Positions 58,470 to 64,000 of a stretch of 64,000 nt of DNA are shown here, piece by piece; the stretch's first letter is position 1; every line of letters starts with the position of its first letter. The notes beneath the pieces were generated by a model, which was not told the DNA's origin, did no database searches, and worked only from the letters and a program-made list of their open reading frames with translations. Both the position numbers and the translations under genes were made by a program. This DNA comes from Candidatus Latescibacterota bacterium (GTDB lineage Bacteria; Latescibacterota; UBA2968; UBA8231), in contig OZ242214.1 of assembly GCA_965206595.1 (NCBI GenBank), positions 1,728,001-1,792,000 on the forward strand, given 5' to 3'.

Positions 58470-61114
58470 AATTCAGGCGCAAGCTCAAGCAGAATCAGTG
58501 GCAGGAGGTAGAGGAGTACCGGGCGCTTCTCGAGCCACCCGACAAGTTCGAGGACGGCTTTACGATCCGGACGATCGTCGGTGTCCTCTTCATTTCCCTG
58601 ATAATGACGCCGGGGGAGATGTACCTCGGTTTGGTTACCGGTGGAGGAATAGGGGATGCGGCCCAGTGGGTCACCGTCATCCTCTTCCTCGAAGTCGCCA
58701 AGCGCTCCTTCACGTCGCTGAGGAGGCAGGAGATCTTCCTGCTCGTGTACGTGGCCAGCGCGCTGGTGGCGCGCGAGGAAGGGGCCTTTCTCGACCTGCT
58801 GTGGCGCCAGTATTTCGTGCGCTCCGCGGAGGCGGAACAGTTTGGCATCTCCAAGCTGCTGCCGACGTGGTGGGCGCCGCCGCCCGACTCGGTCGCCCTC
58901 GCCGAACGCACCTTCCTGCACCCGGACTGGCTGTGGCCGATCGGCCTGCTCGTCATCGGCACCATCGTCGGCCGCATTTCCTGGTTCACTTCAGGATACC
59001 TGCTGTTCCGGTTGATGTCTGACCGCGAGCAGCTGCCGTTTCCGACGGCGCCGATGTCCGCCCTGTCCGCCATGGCGCTCGCCGAGGAGAGCGGTGACGA
59101 GGCCGAGACTTGGAAGTGGCCGGTTTTCAGCATCGGCGGCGTCATCGGCGCGATCTTCGGCTCCGTGTACGTGGGGATCCCCGAGGTAACCGCGGCGATG
59201 GGTTCCAGGATCCAGGTGATCCCGATCCCGTTCTGGGACCTTACGCCATTTTTCGGGAGTCTCCTGCCGGCCACGCCGCTCGGCATCACCCTACACCTAG
59301 GCCCGATCTTCGCCGGCTTGCTGATGCCTTTCTGGGCGGTTATCGGGTCGTTCTCCGGGGTCGTGGTGCACACCGCAGTCAGCCCCTTTCTCTACTGGAA
59401 AGGAATGCTTCCGAGCTGGGCCCCGGGGATGACGACAATCAACACCCAGATCGCCACCAGCATCGATTTCTGGCAGGCCTTCTCTGTCGGCATCACCCTC
59501 GCGGTCACCGTCATCAGCTTCTACCAGCTTCTGGCCAGCGGCCGCCGCGAGCGCGCCGAAGCGCGGGAACGGGTTCTCGGCCAGCGGAAGGAGTACCCGA
59601 GAACCTGTCGCCACGACGGTTGCAACCGGCCCTCCGAGGTGCGCGGCTACTGTCTGCCCCACCTCGGCCGCGGCGATTTCAACCTCTGGCTCTGTCTGGT
59701 GCTGTTCGGGCTTGCGGCTTTCTACCCGATCGTGCTCGCAAAAACCCTGTTCCCGACCCTGGTCACCACCGGGCTGCTTCTCACCTTTTTCGGCATCGCC
59801 TTCGTGTACGCCCCGATCATGTCGTTCGTCAGCGCCCGCCTCGACGGCATGATCGGGCGCGAGGTCTCCATTCCCTATGTCAACGAGGCCGTCATCTTCC
59901 TCACCGGGTACCGCGGCGTCGACGTCTGGTTCGTGCCGTTTCCGACGCGGAACTACGGCGGCCACGCCGAGGGGTTCCGGGTGGTCGAGCTGACCGGGAT
60001 GCGCTTCACCAGCCTGCTCAAGGCGGAGCTGTTCATGCTGCCCATCATCCTCGTGGTGAGCATGATGTACTGGAGCATGCTCTGGAGGCTCGGCCCGATC
60101 CCGTCGGAACGATATCCCTATGCACAGCTGATGTGGCCCCTCAAGGCGTACCAACAGGCCCTCTTTTTTTCCAGCACGATGTACAGCCGAAGTTGGCGAG
60201 CGGGGGAGACCCTCGCCGACGGCACGGCCATCTCCCGAGGCCAGATCGTGTGGAGCCCGCACAACCTGCAGGACGGTTACTGGTGGTACTGGCGGGTGCG
60301 CGCCTCGCATGACGTCGAGATACCGGACCCCGACAAGCGCTACTACGGCGAGTGGTCGAAGACCGGTTATTTCTACACCGATTTCAGCGGCCGCAAGCCT
60401 CCCGATGTTGCCGCAGCGCCGCACCTGCGGGCTTTTTCCCCGCCAAAGGAAAGGGCATCCGAAGGGCAACCATCCGCCCCGGAACTGGTCTGGCCGCCCC
60501 CAGGTGAAATCATCGACACCCCGAATCCGAACTTCGACGCCCGCTTGAGCACGGCCCCCCGGGATTCCGTCGAGTTCTACTTCGAGGTCGATCGCCTGCC
60601 GACCTTCGACGGCGAGTTTCTGCAGCGGTCCTCCGACATTCCCCTGCTGTTCGAGGCGCACTGGCGCGATCTCAGCTTCACCGGGGACCGGCGGGACAAC
60701 GACGGCGACGGGCTGGTCGACGAAGAGCTGAAGAACGGACTTGACGACGACGGTGACGGGATTACGGACGAGTCCGACCTGCAGCATCCGCTCGACGGAC
60801 GCAAGTGGCCGATCTCGCTTTTCGCCGCGGGCTTCGGTCTCGTCGCCTACTTCACTATGGCCTTCCTCGGCTTGCCGATATTCCTGATATGGGGGTACGT
60901 CCAGAGCGTCAACGGCATTCCCCACGCCCTGCTGCCGCAGATCGCCGGGGCCCTGTTGGCGCGCTTCTACTTCTGGAAGCGGTACGGCAAGCAGGAGTGG
61001 CGGCGCTACGCCATGGTCCTGAGCGTCGGCTTCGGGGTAGGGATGGCGTTGATCGGCATGTTCTGTGCGGCCCTGGCGATGATCAGCAAGGCAGTCACGG
61101 CCCTGCCGTACTAG
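58466..61114 (+). CDS. OPT-like (oligopeptide transporter superfamily) membrane protein with soluble insertions
   Basis: DGFTIRTIVG, YLGLVTG, LRRQE, EQLPFPTAP, many TMs, WRLGPIPS..YPY; ATGA coupling to upstream gene. Confidence 0.78.
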   Translation: MKFRRKLKQNQWQEVEEYRALLEPPDKFEDGFTIRTIVGVLFISLIMTPGEMYLGLVTGGGIGDAAQWVTVILFLEVAKRSFTSLRRQEIFLLVYVASALVAREEGAFLDLLWRQYFVRSAEAEQFGISKLLPTWWAPPPDSVALAERTFLHPDWLWPIGLLVIGTIVGRISWFTSGYLLFRLMSDREQLPFPTAPMSALSAMALAEESGDEAETWKWPVFSIGGVIGAIFGSVYVGIPEVTAAMGSRIQVIPIPFWDLTPFFGSLLPATPLGITLHLGPIFAGLLMPFWAVIGSFSGVVVHTAVSPFLYWKGMLPSWAPGMTTINTQIATSIDFWQAFSVGITLAVTVISFYQLLASGRRERAEARERVLGQRKEYPRTCRHDGCNRPSEVRGYCLPHLGRGDFNLWLCLVLFGLAAFYPIVLAKTLFPTLVTTGLLLTFFGIAFVYAPIMSFVSARLDGMIGREVSIPYVNEAVIFLTGYRGVDVWFVPFPTRNYGGHAEGFRVVELTGMRFTSLLKAELFMLPIILVVSMMYWSMLWRLGPIPSERYPYAQLMWPLKAYQQALFFSSTMYSRSWRAGETLADGTAISRGQIVWSPHNLQDGYWWYWRVRASHDVEIPDPDKRYYGEWSKTGYFYTDFSGRKPPDVAAAPHLRAFSPPKERASEGQPSAPELVWPPPGEIIDTPNPNFDARLSTAPRDSVEFYFEVDRLPTFDGEFLQRSSDIPLLFEAHWRDLSFTGDRRDNDGDGLVDEELKNGLDDDGDGITDESDLQHPLDGRKWPISLFAAGFGLVAYFTMAFLGLPIFLIWGYVQSVNGIPHALLPQIAGALLARFYFWKRYGKQEWRRYAMVLSVGFGVGMALIGMFCAALAMISKAVTALPY

Positions 61115-61169
61115 CGCGGTCTCTGTGTGGACCAAGGGAACTCGCGCTTCTATATTCGAACCGAGGGCC

Positions 61170-61538
61170 ATGAACCTTTTCCGCCGCCTCTTTGAGATCG
61201 GCCGCTCGCGGCTTCAGGATCGCCAGCCCGGGCAGGCACCCTGGTTCGAAGCGGATGGTTTCGGCGGGGACAAGCCCGATTCCAAGGGAAAGCGCACGGG
61301 CTCCGGTCCCAATGTCGACCCGGCTCTGGCCGAGTATTACGCAAACCTCGAATTGCCGTTTGGATCCGATCTGGAGACCGTGCGTGCCGCATGGCGCCGG
61401 ATGATGAAGCAATACCACCCTGACAGACATGCCCGGGACGAGGAGAAGCGCCGCATGGCGGGCGAGCTGACGGCGCGACTCACAAAGGCTTACAGGGAGC
61501 TTGAAACCGCGCTGTCAAACCGGGAGAAGGAGCATTGA
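61170..61538 (+). CDS. small J-domain (DnaJ-like) protein
   Basis: YYANLEL...VRAAWRRMMKQYHPD...LTKAY. Confidence 0.9.
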   Translation: MNLFRRLFEIGRSRLQDRQPGQAPWFEADGFGGDKPDSKGKRTGSGPNVDPALAEYYANLELPFGSDLETVRAAWRRMMKQYHPDRHARDEEKRRMAGELTARLTKAYRELETALSNREKEH

Positions 61539-61951
61539 TGTCGGAGCGCTTTGACATGGTCAAGGAATACGTCCTCGAGCTGGGTTTCGAAATCGACGAG
61601 GAAATCCCCGAGGAGGAGATCGTCATCATCAACGACCACGAGCGCGGCATTCACAACCTCGTCATCGACTGCGAAGAGTCGGTGCTCGTGCTCGAACAGT
61701 TGATCATGAAAATCGATACCGAAGCGGGGCAGGAGGTGTACCGACGAATTCTGCAGATGAACCGCGAGCTCGTGTTCGGGGCCTTCGTCCTCAACGATGC
61801 CGCCGATACCCTCTTGTACCGGAACACCCTCGCCCTCGGCACTCTCGATCTCAACGAGCTCGAAACCACCATCAACGCACTCAGTCTCGGCCTTGCCGAG
61901 AACGGGGAAGAGCTGCTGAGGTTCGCGGAACAGCTAGCGCCCGAAGCCTAG
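61538..61951 (+). CDS. YbjN/CesT-like chaperone-fold protein
   Basis: Acidic ~137 aa, YRRILQMNRELVFGAFVL, LDLNEL; TGATG coupling. Confidence 0.8.
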   Translation: MSERFDMVKEYVLELGFEIDEEIPEEEIVIINDHERGIHNLVIDCEESVLVLEQLIMKIDTEAGQEVYRRILQMNRELVFGAFVLNDAADTLLYRNTLALGTLDLNELETTINALSLGLAENGEELLRFAEQLAPEA

Positions 61952-61971
61952 AACGAGAGGAGCAGCAACTC

Positions 61972-62679
61972 ATGGGGGGTATTTTCCAACGTCTTTTCAA
62001 AACCGGGCAGGCCGAGGCACATGCCCTTGTCGACAAGCTCGAGGATCCCATCAAGATCAGCGAGCAGGCGATCAGGGATCTCAAGAAGGATCTAACCGAC
62101 AGCCTCAAGAGTCTGGCCGAGGTCAAGGCCTTGGCCATTCGCATGGACAAGGATGCCGAAGACGCCAAACGGCTCGCAGGCGACTACGAGCGCAAGGCGA
62201 TGCTGCTGCTGCAGAAGGCGCAGTCCGGGGATATGGAAATGGTGGATGCCGAGCGCTTGGCCGGGGAAGCGCTGACCCGCAAGGAGGAGGGAACGACCAG
62301 AGCTCTTGAGTCGACCCGGCAGGCTCACGCCCAGCACGCGATGGTCGACAAGATCCAGGCCAACGTTAACGACATGAAGTCGAAGCTCGCGTCGTACGAA
62401 AACGACCTGACCATGCTCAAGGCCCGCGCGAAGACCGCGGACGCGACCCGGAAGATCAACCAGAGACTGGCCAACGTCGATTCTCGAGGCACAGTCGCCC
62501 TGCTGGAGCGTATGAAGGAAAAAGTGGACGAGCAGGAGTCGCTGGCGGAAGCGTATGGGGAGATGGCCGATTCCTCGCGCTCCGTCGACGACGAAATCGA
62601 CAAGGCCCTGACACAGGGCTCCTCCTCCAAGGCGGACGACTCGTTGGCCGATCTCAAGGCCAAAATGGGAATTTCGTAG
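61972..62679 (+). CDS. pspA: PspA/IM30 (ESCRT-III superfamily) protein
   Basis: MGGIFQRLF, DKLEDP..EQAIRDL, LKARAKTA, LERMKEKV, LADLKAKM. Confidence 0.92.
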   Translation: MGGIFQRLFKTGQAEAHALVDKLEDPIKISEQAIRDLKKDLTDSLKSLAEVKALAIRMDKDAEDAKRLAGDYERKAMLLLQKAQSGDMEMVDAERLAGEALTRKEEGTTRALESTRQAHAQHAMVDKIQANVNDMKSKLASYENDLTMLKARAKTADATRKINQRLANVDSRGTVALLERMKEKVDEQESLAEAYGEMADSSRSVDDEIDKALTQGSSSKADDSLADLKAKMGIS

Positions 62680-62792
62680 CTCTGCGGCGGGTAGACTTCC
62701 ACCTTTCTTCCTGATATCGCCGTTCCCACTTCATTGTCGGGCGCTCCTGCGATGGATGGCGTCCTTCCCAGCGGCCTTTCCCGCGATCTCCC

Positions 62793-64000
62793 ATGAGACC
62801 CCTGTCGCGGAGGGCCTTCCTGCGGGCTTTGGCCGGTGGTATGGCCCTCGGCTGTGGAAGCGCCGGAGACAGGCCAAACCGCACTTTCGGGATCCCAGGA
62901 GAGATCGCCAACGCAAACTCGGCGCAACGCGGGCATCTGCTGCGCTCACGCCACGCACCCGAGGATTTTCCTGCTGTCGCGGGGCCGGCCCTCGATGTCG
63001 CCATCGTGGGTGGCGGTGTCTCTGGACTGGCCGCGGCCTGGAAGTTGAAGGCCGCGGGGGTTGACCGGCTCTGTCTGTTCGAGTTGGAACCCCGGACCGG
63101 TGGAACCTCGATGTCCGGGTCGACCGACGGCCGGGTTTTTCCGTGGGGAGCCCACTACATCAACATCCCACCTGCGGAAGCCGATTGCATCCACGAGTTG
63201 CTCGCCGACATCGGGGTCATTGCCGGGTACGACGCCGCCGGAAGGCCGCGGGTGAATCCGGAGCACCTCGTCAAATTCCCGCGCGAGCGGCTCTTCCTCG
63301 AAGGGGACTGGAAAGAAGGGCTCGACCCGCTCCGCAACGCCAGCTCCGAAGCGGTGGAACAGGGGCGCGAGTTCGAGGACGAGATGCTGCGCTGGACGAT
63401 TCTGGCAGGACGCGACGGGCGCCGCGGCTTCGCAATGCCGGCTGCCTACAGCACCGCGGATTCGGCGGTCCGTGATCTGGACCGGATATCGATGGCCGAC
63501 TACATGGAAAGCCGGAAGTGGACGGCCGCGCCGCTGCGCTGGCTGGTAGACTTCTGTTGCAGGGATGACTACGGCTGTCTCAGCAGCGATGTCTCGGCCT
63601 GGGCCGGGATCCACTATTTCGCATGCCGGCTCTACGACCCGCGGATCTCCGAGCAGTACCCCAGCGACACCCTGACCTGGGAACAGGGAAACGGCTACCT
63701 GACTGAGGCGTTGGCGAGCCGATTGATGCCTGAAGAACTGCGCACCCAGACCGCAGTGGTGGCCATCGGACCCGCTTCCGAAGGGGCCGAGCTTGCCTGC
63801 GTCGACGTAGTATCGGGCCGGCGTTACCGGGTGCGTTCCCGCTCTGTCGTCTATGCCGGCAAGCTGCACACGGCTCCTTTCGTCGTCCCGGAAATGCCTG
63901 CGGAGCAGCGCCGTGCGATGTCGCGGTTGCGCTACTCTCCCTGGCTGGTCGCTGCCCTGCACCTGAACAAGGTTGGCGCCGCCGACCTGTCGCCCGCCCG
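62793..64000 (+). CDS. Tat-exported FAD-dependent amine-oxidase-like protein (runs off window end)
   Basis: Not in ORF track; manual translation MRPLSRRAFLRALAGGMALGC...RGHLLR...DVAIVGGGVSGLAAAW...ELE...GGTS...PWGAHY...CRDDYG...SAWAGIHYF. Confidence 0.88.
   Translation, partial: MRPLSRRAFLRALAGGMALGCGSAGDRPNRTFGIPGEIANANSAQRGHLLRSRHAPEDFPAVAGPALDVAIVGGGVSGLAAAWKLKAAGVDRLCLFELEPRTGGTSMSGSTDGRVFPWGAHYINIPPAEADCIHELLADIGVIAGYDAAGRPRVNPEHLVKFPRERLFLEGDWKEGLDPLRNASSEAVEQGREFEDEMLRWTILAGRDGRRGFAMPAAYSTADSAVRDLDRISMADYMESRKWTAAPLRWLVDFCCRDDYGCLSSDVSAWAGIHYFACRLYDPRISEQYPSDTLTWEQGNGYLTEALASRLMPEELRTQTAVVAIGPASEGAELACVDVVSGRRYRVRSRSVVYAGKLHTAPFVVPEMPAEQRRAMSRLRYSPWLVAALHLNKVGAADLSPA

Noticed and set aside
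59297-61171. 624-aa antisense ORF (also 47198-48478, 9914-11119, 11023-12186, 62946-63962, and same-strand alternate-frame 48922-50373, 56876-58108)
   Set aside because: Shadow ORFs of real genes in GC-rich DNA; no recognisable motifs

Overview
GC-rich (roughly 60%) chromosomal window from a diderm bacterium (lnt, OmpA, TonB-dependent receptor, Omp85 and GT9 genes). Gene style suggests an FCB-related lineage such as Latescibacterota; this is inference only. 1-9.5 kb (minus strand) is a housekeeping block: aspS, lipoprotein + LysM, phoH, 7TM-HD phosphodiesterase, ybeY, CBS/hemolysin, initiator tRNA-Met, a sigma-region-4-only gene and lnt. 9.6-21.4 kb is accessory and decaying: IS3 and IS630 (both frameshifted), broken TonB, Omp85 and YbbR-like genes, and intact OmpA, aminotransferase, aldolase, beta-barrel and sulfotransferase genes. 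21-52 kb is mixed core: RpoD-like sigma, a UvrA paralogue with degenerate ATPase motifs, CBS-korA-korB-CBS, hemE, mocA-xdhC-nitrilase, an ECF sigma broken by an 11-bp tandem duplication, HDAC/NUDIX, GT9, E2, ftsH, MFS and sugar enzymes. 52.5-64 kb holds the best candidate for an uncharacterised system: a ~1480-aa pseudo-peptidase(M28)/FtsX fusion coupled to an OPT-like transporter with unusual inserted domains, a divergent M42-like peptidase, and a downstream J-domain/YbjN/PspA/Tat-oxidase module. Exact short tandem duplications cluster at 36-43 kb. No CRISPR array or rRNA was seen. All family calls come from motif recognition by eye, not database searches.
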